Assembly: GCA_030141605.1 (NCBI GenBank)
Contig: JAQGDQ010000006.1
Span: 124,001 to 188,000 of the forward strand
Length of the DNA stretch: 64,000 nucleotides
Source of the DNA: Tubiluchus corallicola
Lineage: Eukaryota > Animalia > Priapulida
Direction of reading: 5' to 3'
This document shows, in pieces, positions 11,701-26,700 of this stretch. Positions within the stretch are counted from its first letter, which is position 1. Every line of letters begins with the position of its first letter. The notes beneath the pieces were generated by a model. It was not told where the DNA came from. It made no database searches and worked only from the letters and a program-made list of their open reading frames with translations. Made by a program: the position numbers and the translations under genes.

Positions 11701-14700
11701 GTACAGCAGCACGAGTACGTTTTTCCTCCCTCCCAGCTTCCAAATGATCTACAAGTTCTTGTGGTAACGTTATCATGGATGGTTGATCAGAAGGTCGCTT
11801 ACCGTGGGGGAGAACGGTGGTGCGATGGGGCACCTCAAGCGACGATCGGCGGTTCTTTGCAGCCTGTATTTGCTGAAGCTTTCTCAACTCTTTTGTTTGT
11901 TCTAATTTTGCTAGATCTGAAGTTGAAACAAAGCCATGAAAATAACTGCCTCTTTGTAAATAGTTACTTACATCCTTTAATCAAAATAGAATGGCCAAGT
12001 ATTCTTTATTTCAACAATGGTGTGTGTCACACAGGAACACTGATATTATATTTTAAACACTAACGTCCAAGTTGATCCCATGGTTTAAAAGCAATTTTAA
12101 CTTTATCCAACCATAACACTTAACAATGGCTACGGATTAAAAACTCTGGATTGTGATTTGTTGATCAATGTTTTCTCTTAGTCCATAACCATGCCTTAAC
12201 TTGAATTAGCGACGTGGAAGTTATTTTAAAAAAATTCGGTTGATTCCAACAAACAACACAACATGAAATCAGTAATTTTATATGCTAGTACAAGTGGAAA
12301 TGTCTACGGAGTTATTTTCAGAACGCTTTCTTGCGCTTACTACACACATAACTCTGTATGCCACCTGTAAAGCTAACAATCAACTAACAGAATGTCTTTC
12401 CACCACTTAAAACACAATTCTTCTCATGCAATAAATGCAAAGCCACGCGAAGCATTAAGTTAAACTATTATGCTCATCATATTTACATGTAAATGGCATA
12501 AACAAACAGTCATATACGTACCATCTAATTGCAAACCAAACTTGGCAGCTCTGTATGCCACATTGTGCATACTCAGGGCTGCTGCTTTCTCTGCATCTTC
12601 TTTATGCTTGGCAACTTTCTCTGGGCTGCCAACATCAAGATCTCCATGCTAAATTAAAGCATTTATAAAGGCAATGGAACATGAATGGTGGTACTGCTAT
12701 CAAAAGAGTTGTTAACAAAGAGAAGTTTTCAAGATCACTACTGTAGAATATAGTAGATAAGCAAACAAAATATTAGCCACATCATATCACCACCATTGCA
12801 TCCACCTAGGTGTGAACTGCCTACATCACTTTTGTGTAACTTCTCAAAAAACTCAATGCTTCAAACACTTGCCAAGAGTAAATAAACATAGTACTTGAAA
12901 ATACATTTACTTGATGCCAAAAGCACAGCTTGACATCAAAAAAAGCACTATCAACTAAACTTTCCCCAAGGTTTCCGCGTAAAAGATTGCAGTCTACCTA
13001 AACCCCTTAAAGCAGCTACACCAGTCACACAGTTTTATGCTTCAATATTCTGGGGCATTTCAAATGTCAATGTTTGAAAACAACCCTACTATAATTAAAC
13101 ATATTGTTACAGAAGGGTGGCTTTTTTGTCATGGATACCCTAACTATTACGACAAAATGCCTAAGGATAGAAAAATGGACACACAACTGTCATCGAACTA
13201 ATAAAGTGAATTCATACACGAAACTTCTTATAAGGGCAGAATACTAATTAGGAACATTTCATAAAACAGATTTTGTAGAAAATCCAGCTTATAAATTGTC
13301 TGCATATTGCTTAATAACCTCACTGATCAAACAGGGTAATTTATTATCTAATAAGTACTGAAGATAGCCTTTGAAAAAGAAAACCCTGCAAGACGCAGAC
13401 GGAAACTTTACAAATTAGCTTTAGTTTGTGGTTTTTGTCTGTACAAATTACTTACTAAACGGTCGATATTTATAAAACATCACAGTGACATCAAAGACAT
13501 CATAACTCTGCCGGATAAACATTTTCTGAATGATTGTCTTTCTGAGTCACTTTAAATATAACAAGCGATTTTCCAAGGTTTGAACTTAGTTTTCCAAAAT
13601 TACATCTCAGGTGAATGCCCACACTTCTGCCCATCACATCAAATCACACATACTGTATGAGCCTGATTCCTAGATGGGACCCAATCTAATCCCAACCGCT
13701 CCAGTACAACCAATCGTACAAGGCTGATCTCCTAAGTTTATGTAATCGACGGTTATTCAAACCCACTACTTAATGGGAAAACACTCTGGGCATAGAACCA
13801 TCACTCAAGGTCATCTAACAGCACAACACCACTTTTGCACAGTGTCGTCTCTTTAAATATTTAGGTTACCTACGTAAATTGATTATCTGATGCTGATGAT
13901 GGGATGTCAGTTGTGTGTAACAACAAATCTTGACAAGGTCAGACACTAGGTAAGTAGTCACAAATAACAAGATAATTACTAATAATAGCAAAAGGATTGT
14001 GAAGCTCTAGTTAAGGTAAATATAATAAAAACCTTCATAGATACAAACAAATCGAAATACAATAGACGCCGCTTAATAGACTCGCATTGGGACCCAAGTT
14101 TTTTGACCCAATTAACCGAATGAACCTATTAACCGATGGGTGTAGTATTATTGGTATAGAAACCTGAGTCATCAGCTTAGTATGCACTGCACAGGTTTTT
14201 AATGAATTTTAGAAACGAAGTAATGCTAAAATTCCTTTGTGCAGTAAAACATTTAAAAAAATATATTAAAACATTAATTTATATAAGTGAATTAGCAAAA
14301 AATTAAAAAGTATACTTTTCTAAATTACACAAGTCTGTTTATTTGCAAGAGTTACAAAATTCCTTCAACGTTAGCTGCTTCATTTTCTCGCGAAGAAGTT
14401 GGCTCACAAAGTTCTCATAATTATAAAAACATTGAAAATTTGTTGCTATGTGATGCACGTATTCACATAAAACATCTAGCGCTTGTCGTGCTTGCAGTTG
14501 GTGGTGCCCTTCACAGGTTTCCTGTGCGCTACCTCTTAGATGCTACTTTCTCACTTTGATTTGCTGATTGCTCGATTTCAGATCGTTTTTTCAACATTCC
14601 GCTGGGAGTACCTTGGGAAATTTTCAACTGCGCTGCTGCATACCTCTATCCCATCTTTGGAAGTTAATCGTACTGCTCTAAAATTTTCAGTTTACCCTTA

Positions 14701-17700
14701 ACTGTTAGATCTTTACGTTTATGCTCCACTTTTCAAACTTCTTAATTCTATTCTCTTAATTGCTTTGATGCTTATTGCTTTACTCTTGTAAGTCACAAGG
14801 ACTATCGGCTGATTACTGTACCTGCATCTTTCACTGTTAACTGATTTAAGCATGAAAGCTTGAAACAAGAGCTTCAAAAGGAAACCTTCAGACAAGTGAT
14901 TAAATGTTTAGCTTTCAGAAATTCTTGGGTAACTTTCAATGCAAAACCGCTATGCTAGTGTATTAGAGCTTGATAAACGTACCTGCTTACAAACAAAACG
15001 GTACTTAACACGATTGTTTCTACATATATTATAGTGCACAAAAGGGAAATAAAGATGGCATAAAAGTAGAAAAGGCTGTTTGGGCACATACAAATGTCTT
15101 ATTTTAAGTATGTGAAGGAAAAATATTGAGTCACTTATGTTGAGTTATTTGAGTCAATTACCGACAGTTTCCTGTACATTTGAATAGAAGCGACCCGTAC
15201 CATGCGTTTTTGAGTCAATTAAGCAATTGCATCTATTAAATGTGAGTCTATTAAGCGGCGCCTACTGTAAAATGCAAGAGAGGCAATGTACGGAGCCTCA
15301 AAAACTTTTTTAAGATTTGTACGTCATTCAAATAACAGAATAACATTTCTAGGTGCATTTGTAGGCTTTTTAGTATGAAAACAGAAATATACAAAACTTT
15401 GTCAAATAAGAAAAAACTTTGAGATGGAAACAAAGTTACCAACAGTCAAAGTCACAAACACACCACCGCAAAAATGACCTAATAAAAGTTCAAAGGCCAA
15501 CCATGAAAATCTTTACATGTGAAAGAACTTAAACAAAAGAATTATGGCCCTATGAATTAACAAATAATATATGGGCAAATAACCACAAAACAGACAAAGT
15601 AAATATAATACATACCTCAAACAAATGATGTCTCTGCTGTACAAGTTTCAATGCTGCAATTCTTTCTTCATCAGTAGGCAAGGGTGCAACATCTAATTGA
15701 AAGGCAGATCTGCTAATTGGTGCACGAAACTCTGGAGTTGTTAACTGTTTTTTAAGTGGTGGTTTTACTCTGTCTTTAGATTTATACTCGGACGTTGTCA
15801 TTAATGCACTTGGCGCTTCCACAGATTTTCTTTTATCAAATGGCTGAGTTGAATGTTTTGTTACATTCACAGAGGACGGAATGCGACCACTATTTTTTAA
15901 ATCTTCATCTGTTACTGGCAAACCAAGAAACTGTCGTCGAGCAATTGACGGAGAACGGGATAATTGTAAAACACCCGTTCCACTTTTTGGAACCATTCCT
16001 GCCTGCAAAGTTACATCTTTTTCTTGTAAGTTCTCAGCATTTAACAATCCGGCATTAAGCAAAAAAGCCCGTTTTGCCGCTTGTATAGCAGACCGCCCAC
16101 TCTGCACACCATTCTGCACCCAAGGTGCACAAATAGTTCGAGACGACTTCGTTTCTTGACTTTGAGCAACTATGTTTTCATGTATTTTACTCAAACTTGC
16201 TGTATAACTTGACCGTTTATTGTCTGTTGGCACAGATAAATAGGTATCAGATTTATACTTTGTATCATCGAAATTACTCATGCATAGTTGATTACGACTT
16301 AACTGTTCAGTATTTATAAGTTCTTCATAAGATGGTAAGGGTTTCAATCCGGATGAAGAATGAATACTGTCTAAACTTGCACTGTTTGTGGCCAGCTTTT
16401 TGGTACCAAGTCCAGTAGTCCGAGAAATTGAAGGGTCTGACACTATGGATGTAACACTAGGTGAGTCGTGCAGTGGCTCCCCTGATGTCATGAACTCTTT
16501 CGACAGGAATGGAGCAGGGTAATTAGATAGAGAAACTGGTAGAGTTGTTTGCACATTCTCTGACTGATATAGCTCCTGAGGTTTCCGAGCAGTGGTCATG
16601 GGCGCAACGGGTACACTAACAGTTCTGGGCTTAGGTTTCTCCGCTACCTTTGAGCTACCAAATAAAGGGGCAGTGGCTGATCGACCATACCTCTGCTGAT
16701 GCCGCCTTTGCAACTCTGGATCATTACTCGTTGCTAAATGAAGAGCATCCTGAGCTCTATGAGCTTCAGCAGAGTTTCTACCATAAATGTTTTCCACTGC
16801 TTGTTTTAAGTAAGCTCCAGCAACATCTCTTGCAGAGGGGACTTTAATTTTCACATTATCTATCCCTTCTGTCGATTCACTCAGTTGTTTTAAGCGCTCT
16901 TGTGAACGACGTATACCTTCATTACCCATTGCCGCTCTCTTAGGAGGAGTTCCAACATGACTAGGTTGCTTATCGGCAATTAGTACATTGCCGGATACTG
17001 GTTTACTAACAGTGTCTTTTTTCGCCGTCGAAATGGCAATATCAGACTGATCCTTAACAGGACAGAATGATGACTGTTTGGGAGGATCCACAGGTTTGAA
17101 CATATTCATAGGTGGTACAGGATAATATTCACTTTCCGGTCTCGCTGGAGATGGCACAAGGTTAGAAGTGGACAAAGCAAGTCTATCTAATGGCTGTGTT
17201 GTAGATGTAGAAAATCCCAGGGTTGGTGGAGCATGGCTTGACTGGCTCCTTAATAAGGGGTTATCAGAATATCCTATAACAACAAAAAGTTGATATGCAA
17301 AGTTGATCACACATGATTATAACGCATACATAGCAACAATGCAGTATTAAGCATCAAGGAAACTTTAAAAACATATGATCTATAGACTGTCACATTAATT
17401 TTTAAAGAACCTGCAGCTTGGGCATTAGAATTGAGCTACTGTCACTTACACATATCATATGAGGTGAAAAGATGACTAAAAAATTATGGGGATAGCCTTT
17501 TAGCCAAACATTCAAGAATTACTGGCAGAAGAACTCACTATTGGCATTACGAAGAGTAATTCCCTGTCAAACACACCTCTTTTATGTTTATTTAATCATG
17601 ATAAGATGGGAGGGTCCTAAGTAACAATATGTGGACCACCTGTTTACATTGAATCAATCAAATCAATCAATTAATAGAGAGTAGACCTATTAGACATCAT

Positions 17701-20700
17701 AACTTCGTTTTGTAAGATGTGGCATTAAAAGTAAAGTACAATATTGGAGCAGATTAGTGTAAGAATAACAAATGTGGAATATGGGAACTATGTCACAAAG
17801 TTTCTAAAACACTTAAAAGTCAAACTGAGCGTAGCACAAGAATGCAAACCACTAAAGGAAGACCGGATGATTGTTTAGACTCAGTCTCATTTTAATTTAC
17901 TGTCCAAAATATACATTTTCTTGTATGTGAAAGTTAGCAATTGCTTATAATATTTGAATAATTAGCTATGGCAGGCATCTCCCTGCGCGTCAAGCACGTT
18001 TGCGTAAGTGTTACTGGTTCTACATCATATGACATCAGAAACTAACACTGCAGTTCATGATCATGGTTATCACGGTACCGCCTTCTATTTATCGGCCACG
18101 CGAACGTAACAAAAAGGCGTCATTACCAATCTTACTAGATTCACTGAGGCACGCATAGCTTTGAAAGTTTAACGAAATTTGAGCATCCGAGGTAATTATT
18201 ATTTAACCTAAGCTTTGATTTAAAAAAGCTATTGTAGCTTTCAATATTTTGGAGCATTCTTTATTCTGAACTAATGCTTACACAATCATCCGGTTTTCCT
18301 TTAAGTGAACTGACTACTTGCAATATGTATGTCTAAGCTTAACTCACAACGTTAAATTAGTCAGCAGTAATTAACAATAGTAAGGTATATGTGTAGTTCC
18401 ACATATATAAAGTGCACATAATGAGCTAGTAAAATATAGCAAAATTTTTGCTCAGCTCGAATCTGTTTGGTGGGAAGTTCTATGAGCAAAGAAAATTTTG
18501 GTTCAAGAAGTGAAAAATTTTAATGAAAAATACTGTTTAAAAATATGAGCCTAAAATATTTATTAATTATAAAATATATTTGATTAAAAATCGAGATGCC
18601 TTTAATTATGAACACCAGATCGCAGTTGTTTGCTGTAGTCATCCCAAATATTTATTTTGATATATCATATCATGATTTCCAGGTATTTACCAGACATTCC
18701 GGAACTACTTCCTCGATCATCATCGTCATCTGTTGGCGGATAACGTCGTCCATCTTTTGTATAAAAAAAACTGCTTTGACGAATTTTGCTGGCTTGATGT
18801 GCGTAAGGAGCTGGGCTAATTGAATAGAGGGCGGGGCGTACTTTATGCCGCGTTTTTGGTGGTGACAATGAAACGGACTCCTTGTGGTTTGCTGAAGGAG
18901 TAGGCACTGGTAAGCTGACTTCTGTCCTATACCTAGAACATATCAATATCTACAATATCAGACATCTGATATAAAAAATTCTAACAAAGCTAACAATGGG
19001 TATAACAACAGGTGTAGCTAAGTTTCTAAAAACGAAGAAAAACATAGAAAACTAAAAGTAAGCAAAAACTGTAAATAAATTTTCTACTTACGAAGTAGTG
19101 GCCCATAATTCAATATAAGTTTACGACAAGTCACATAGAACAGGCTTAGTTTTGCAATGCTGTGACAAACCATATATTATTTACGATATTTTTTGGTTAC
19201 TTGTTTGTCATCTTTTTATTTCACAATCAAGTTGTTTGCAGTATTAGCTGTAGTACTTGCTATTGCAATCTATTTGCATTTCAATAGTCACATTATTGTA
19301 TTATTAGCCTAAATAGTATAGTAGTGCCTTATGACCACCCCTGGTCTTGTGGTTGTGTTCTTGAATACCTGATATACAAGTGGCTTCGTTCAAATGTGTG
19401 AAATCCGTACAGGTATGTAGTACATGACGCATACTTTGCAGCTATAGCCAGAGACGTGCAACTTGAAAGTCAGTCGGACGTTATTGAAAGACTTAGGTCA
19501 CGTAAAATGACCATCGTCATGACCATTGGATTGCTGCCATCAAGAGTGCATCAGCATTTGCACCTGCTATGCCCACCTCCCCTCTCTATTACTGAACTAG
19601 GAAATATGTTTGCTCATTTGTGGTACGGTGATTGATTGTTATTATTGACCTATGTGTGCTCTACTGGTTAGCGTTTGTTAAAGTCGGTTTAATAAATTTT
19701 GTTATACAGCTTACTAATTAGTTTTTGCATTCTACCTCTCACTAAACAGCTCATTGAGACTCCTAGGCTCGGGTTGCCCATAACCGACTCCAGCATTCTA
19801 ATGGTAAATTATCGGACACTATAAAACCTCTGAACCACGTGTTACACCTCATTTATAGGGCAATCGTACCGGTCATTCATGACTTTGAGAATCAGAGTAC
19901 GTTGCCTATAAACATGACATCACGCATGCACTTAGCAAGCTATGTCCTACATTTTAAGAAGTAGAGAGTTGTTAAGACTGCTCTGATAAACAGATTAACA
20001 TAGGACTTCTTTAAGAAAAATAAACTGTGATTATTTCAAGCTGTGCTTAATGCACATACAATTTTATTTTTAGTCAAACATTTTGATTTTAAAATAAGCA
20101 CGTCTTAAATCATTGCAAGGACAACACACACTTATTTTGTGTTTGCATGAAAACCAATTTTACAATGAATTTAGTATAAAAAAACTTGATACTTATATTT
20201 TCTGAACACATAACTTAATCTCTTTTAAGTTAGACAGAAATAGAAAACAGATATAAAAACTTCATTTACGTATAATTAGGCAGGTGATATGAGATGACTA
20301 CTGCACAGACGGTACTCTTCAAAGTGTGTTCAATTAGCTGATAATTATAACTAAAAGTAGACTGGAATAAGGCAAATTTCGTGAAAACTGATATAAAATA
20401 CATCCACAGTAAGAAAGTAACCGCAGATCTTCAGTAAAAAATGCAGTTAAAATCATCTTGAAAGACGTATTAGTAACTAACTCACCTTGCTGGTTGGGGC
20501 GCAGCTGGCTCGTCACTTGCTCTTGGTACAGCCGCTTCTGGTGGAAACAATGATGGCCGTGGTACAGAAGGAGGAAACAGTGAACCACTGCTCAGACGAG
20601 GAGTGCACAGACTTGGAGGGCTAGGAATGTCTGTTGAAGTACCAGCGTATGCATCTTGAGCTTGATTGTAGGCTGACTTTGGATATGCCTAAAATAACAA

Positions 20701-23700
20701 AACAATAAGAAAATAAAAATAATCTAATAAAAACACCAACAAAGTAAACACATTGCCACAATATATCCAAATAAAACAGCCATATTAATCAATATTAAAT
20801 TGGGAGTTACAGTTTGCAAAAAGATTAAAACCCCAAAAAATCGCATCTCCTGCAATTTGCAACATATAAATTCTCTAGTAGCAGATGTAGCATTGTGTAT
20901 CTATTGCAATCATTTTCAGTTCGTCACATAAATTTTACTGACGGATTGAACATTTTATTTGTTTACAGCACATTTAGGCAACTGACTGATTGCATTGTTC
21001 GACCTGCATGAATGCGTGAAATACAAAAACAAACGTGGTTCAATGTCCAAGACCAAAAAATATACATTATATGCTGCTCAGTACAGTTGCATTACATCCC
21101 ATTATAATCATAAGGAAACTTTTTCACGGAACTCAACTTTTTTGTCACATCAAAAATGCTCACAAACTCAAGTTATTTAACATGCAGAACTAACTCATAA
21201 TTCAGCATAGGCGATCTAGCAGATTCACAGAAAGCGTTTGTACATAAGAGCAAGTAAGGCACAACTGAGTATCTGCTCTATCTCAGCCAAGTTTTGAAAG
21301 CTTGGACATTTTTACCATCCAGCCGCCTGCCATAATGGAGCTGCATAGTTTGGAAAGCAGTTCAACTTCACTACTTCAACACGAAACAGGTGCGCCTAAT
21401 TATGTGGCCCAGTCATTCCAGCTATTCCATGTGCGCTGCCACTATTTCTGGCTGGTGTTGTTGTTATTCAATCATTTGCTCCTTTATTGCTACGGACGCT
21501 ACAGGAAAATCCGGAATAATCCAGTAGTTTAAAATAATTTTCAACACTGACAAATTGCAAAACTAAAAGCTCTGAGACATAAAGCTCGTATCATTTCCAG
21601 TGAGTTTTAACATACACTGGGAGCACACATTTGTATAGCCATGCTCGCTATGAATCAAACCCGAAGGACCCTCAGCAATCAATTACTGACAAAAAGTAAT
21701 CGGTAATCACAATTACTTGAAATCGGGGATATGTTCAGCACTATAATCCTACTACAGGTAGTTGTCGACTTACGACCACAATCGGTTCAGGCGAGTTTGT
21801 CGTAAGACAACTTGGGTGCAAGCAGGACCCTTACATGTTTAAGTGGTGCGCCTCTACACGTAAGACGTTGTGTATGAAAGTGCACTAGGTATGGTGTTGC
21901 ATATGGATGAATTTAAAATTAATTTGCTTAAAAAACAGAAAGAAATATGAGTTACTTTTGCAGTTGTGGTCTCGTTGTAAAGTCAAACAGACGTAAGTCG
22001 TATTGGTCAAAAGTCGATGACTACCTGTATCTGGACAGATTTTCAGTATCTGAGAAACTTTTAACAACTAAAAATCAATCTTTCAATGATTTTGCCAAAA
22101 AGTTTCTAATTATAATCCTGTAGTATAAAAAACAAGCTTCTGAAATCGCATGTGAACTTGCTTCTGCAAAAATGCGGGTTTTAAATAAATACAAGTTTTA
22201 AAAAAGTACTCTTTTAGACTCGTCATGATCATAAACGGTAAGTCAAAATTCTCTTTGGGTCTCAAAAAGTCGTTATTTTTTTCTTTCAGAAGCTTCCACT
22301 CCTCACGGACTTAATCAATATAAAATTTAGTTAAAAAGAGAACGGAGTTATATTTGTTGTGCAAGCATAGTTGCTAACCTTGCTCGAATGTTTAGTGCAT
22401 ACTTGTTTACAGCTTAAGTCACGTAAAGAGTTTTCAGGCACACCAGATATTAAACTTTAAAACTGTACCTTCTAATTCACGGCAAACCAGCACCTAAATT
22501 ATGCACCATACACACAACTGCTAGCCACCAACCTATGCACTAAAGCAGTGCATTCGCAAATAATGAAGCCCCGGTTCACTGACAGCATTACAAAAATTTA
22601 CCAAAAAATGTCGAGATATGATATGAGCATGGCAGACTTCCTTGATGGCGAAAAAAGCATAGCCAGTAGCAGTAAGATGTAACACGAGCAGATGTTTAGG
22701 TGAAGAAGATGGGACAAGTGTTGAAGTCCATGTACGAGTTAAGACATAAAAAAACCAACTCCATCATCTTTAGAAATTCATGGTATCACTTCTAGATATC
22801 ATAAAGGCACATAGAGTTTTGCGCCCACATATCATGTTCGGCTGTGCTCCAAAAATAAACTACATACACCAAAATTACCAAGACTAGAAAGACATCGTAG
22901 GGGAGGGTGAAACAATGCTGTTAGTGGCTTCAAATGGAATTCACTGGTCAGAAAGTGGAATGCTAGGCATGTGACAACACATGTGTGTAGCTTTCCGGTG
23001 GAAAGAAACATAGAGTAGAGTAAAATATGAGCATCACGGACAAAATATGTGTACAGTATGATTGGCAAATATGAAAGATGAAGTAAGAGTATTGAAAAAC
23101 TTGAAAACCAATTGAAGATTTCAGACAACCTATTAACAAAAAAAGTCTGCTACAGGCTACTGTTGACATAAATTGCCCAGAACACAGTAGGTGGCTGAAA
23201 CATTGCAAACAGTTTATGTAAGAAAGCACGATGCATGCAGAGCTATTGCCGTTGGTACATGGAGCTCAGCTTAGCAATGAACAGCTGTTAACTTGAGTTC
23301 GTATCCGATACTGTGCCAGAAACCACATTCTATTTGGAAACGCTAAGCTATGTTTGTCAAGCTAAAATTTCAGCCTATACATTTCACAAACAACTCGTTA
23401 AAATTGCAGCCAGATTTTTTTTCACATTTACCCCAGTGTGATTACTGGCTGAAGCACAATTCATGACCAACATGTAAATGATATTGCTGCTTATTAACAT
23501 ACACAGGTTTAGTAGTAATAACAATGCTCATCATATAAGACTGAGGAAAAACAGATAAATATTTTCTTTAAAGACATCGTTTGGCTTAAGCTAATCAGCT
23601 GGAATATGCTAAGTTAAGGTAGGAATGTTTTCATGTTAATTACTATTAGCAGTCCAGTTACAAGTACACAATAGTTCTTTCACTACGTTAAAATATTTAA

Positions 23701-26700
23701 TGTTTAAACACCATGCATGCTATCAATTGCTTCAAGAGCCTCACAGCTTGATTATTTATGTTCAAACGAGTATCAAAGTAGCACCGATGTCTCTAAACTT
23801 ACCATCTGTAGAATGTCTACGTCCTTGGGAACAACAAGTAAGGTTAAATCTGATTGGCTGTAAAAACAAAAACATAGCACTATTTCCAGCAGTAAAACTA
23901 TAAATTCTGAATAAGATCATTGTTTGACAAAACTAACCATGTTTGTTTACAATAGGCTAAATAACTTTTATCTGTACTTTTCAGTACTTTTCTTTTATTG
24001 TTCTTCAGAATTAGGCAGCTACTGACGAAAATAAATAATCATTAAAACTTAAGTGAGCATCACAACTACAAAATAAGCCAACTTTCACTTACAAGTACAT
24101 CTATATCCACAAACATGTTGCGAGTTTTTTTTTTTCACAAAAAATGCAATATTCGTTTAATGTAAAAATGCATGAATAATATTTTATAAAAGCATTTAAA
24201 ATACAAGGTAAATACATTAGCTACAGTTGCCTTACAAATTTCTAAACACGTGCTAAATTTCAGAAATTTTAAGAAAAAAGGAAATTATGTAAAAAATACT
24301 GGAATTCCAGAAACATGCAGCCATTTAACACTGCTAAGTAAAAGAGGTGGTCTCTTTACACAGCATCTTACAAGAGAGAGCGGTAAATGGACAATCTGTT
24401 ATGAAAGATTTTTTGTAACACTTTTTATGTTTTTCTATATACACTGCATGCATGTCTTAAAAACAATTTTTATTACTTTACTTGGTATCTCAGAGATCGA
24501 AGTATTATAATCAAGGCTTTACAAAAGTCTCTCACAAAAATTACTACGTGTTAAGACGATTAACAGTAAAATTACTAAATAGACCCTGAATAGTACAGGA
24601 ACGGGAACAAGACAGTTTAGTCATTATACTTTATTTATTGCATATCAGTCTTTTACCCATATTTTTCTGTTATTGTAAACTATGCAGACATTAGTAAAAG
24701 AATTTACTACAATTACTCACCAAGATTGTATTAAATCAATGACTTGTGAATAAGTCTTGCCTGTCACCGTTTCATTATTCACAGACAGAATGCGATCTCC
24801 AGTTTTTAGGCCAGCAATATCAGCTGGACCGCCATCCTTTACTTGCTTCACAAATATGGTATCAACTGGCTCCAAGTCGCTTAACCTGTCATGCCTTTTC
24901 CGCCGTGCAGCACCTAGAAATAAAGCAATTTTATATATATTTCAGTTCCCAAAACATGAACAATCAATGATTTGCATGTAAATATTTTAAATTACATAAA
25001 CATTTTCACTTTTTAGGCGAAATAAAAAACAAACAGCTCTACAACAGTTACTGTTCTCACTTTTATATTGTTAATTATCTGCTTACTTTCCCAAACTATG
25101 GTTGTTTCTGACAAAAAATAGGTTAGACAGTAGCAACCAGATTAACAATTTCGTAAAAAAAAGTACGCAACCTTCGCACCTTAAAGGCTGGTTAAGTTTT
25201 AAGCACAATCGTCTGTCAAAAACTAAATTACTGAAAGCACAAAATAAAGGAAAAAAACACTTACCATCTGGAGCATCATCATCCAAATTATATCCTTTTC
25301 TCTTTCCCTGTAAAATATTTGTTACAATAAAACAAATGTTTAAAAAAGGGGGCAGCTAGCTGACCAATTGAGCCTTTTCCCTTAAAAACATGAAACCTGG
25401 CACTCGATTAACATTTGACAATACAAAGATTTTTAGTCCGATGGCCACCTAAAATCGTTTCACGTGAGGTGGCTACCTTGGATTTAAAAAGTGCCACAAT
25501 GACAGGCAGGTTATTATGAATATCCAAGCATCAATATCTACATTTTTAAAGCCAAGGAATCTGACGGTATTATAAATTTTTGTGCATATGTAGCAACTAC
25601 CTTTCAACCCAATATGGCCATCATCAAGAGCTTATTTTTGAAATATATTTGCAATATAGACCAGAAGACAATCCTGAAGGGCGTTCTTTTCCAGAAGTGG
25701 GCAATATAGCCAGTCTTATCAGTTTGACTAATGTGAATCCAACAAACTGTTGCCAGCTTGAAAAAATTAGTGGAAAAAGGGCCAAAAAAGCAAAAAACGG
25801 CCTCCAAGTTTTTACCACACACTGTTGCCACACAAAATGAAATTACGCCGATATTGCTAATCTGCTTACGCGTTTCAGAAGTTCACAATACACAGTTTTT
25901 GACCCTCTTCTGGTAATTTTTTCATACTGGAAACATTTTTTCCAGAATATGCACAATCAAACTGATTGGCTGCTCACTTGTAGAAAAAAATGCCTCAAGA
26001 TAAGTTCCATTTTTCTGAAAATGTGTCTAGTAGTATATTATAGAGCAGAAAATATATCAAACTTATTCCTGTATTTCCATAACGATTCAAAGAAACACAT
26101 ACTAATATTTGTTACAGTCACCATCACATGTGCAAAGTGCAGTAAAAGAGGAAGTGCAGAGTTCTTGCACTGGCAATATCCAGTACATCCCATATGCACT
26201 TCACCAGTGCAGTAAAAGAGGAAGTGCAGAGTTCTTGCACTGGCAATATCCAGTACATCCCATATGCACTTCACCAGAATTTCCAGTGAATTTCCCTCCT
26301 CCTTTCAACACGAGACTGAGATTAATCCACAAACTTCATGTACTTTGCCATCTTTAGTTTAAAAAACATGAACAAAACCGAATAACCCTTTCTTGGCAAC
26401 AACTAAAGAACAATTAAGACTGTTTTACAACATCTACTCCAGTTTCTAACAAGCTCCAATGTTTTTTTATTCTTGGGTTCCTTTGGCAACCCCATAACAA
26501 ATTCTGGCTGCACCCCTGGGAGCTGGAACACGTGGTTTAGCTTAGCTCCAAAATTCCTGTCACTTAAGTCATTCTCTTCATTAGCATGAATAATAGCACA
26601 GTTTTCTCTCAATACACTTGATATCTCTACTACTCCAACAAATGTTGTAAAAATTATGCTCTAGATCAGGGGCGTGCAAATTATCTGACTAGCGGGGTCA

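Noticed and set aside
11572-12063. Plus-strand 163-aa ORF, and other plus-strand ORFs over exons (265-507, 15795-16159, 24746-24981)
   Set aside because: They are antisense shadows of real minus-strand exons with no recognisable product.
12781-13850. Possible degenerate tRNA-derived SINE fragments (A/B-box-like TGTGCAAAAGTGG and GGTTCTATGCC on the minus strand)
   Set aside because: Too degenerate, with no second copy, tail or TSD in the window to define boundaries.
22832-23229. [13 protein letters not shown] resembling the pogo DDE motif LPPxxTHxLQPLD
   Set aside because: Only a single weak motif followed by stops, with no TIRs found. It would need a translated HMM search.
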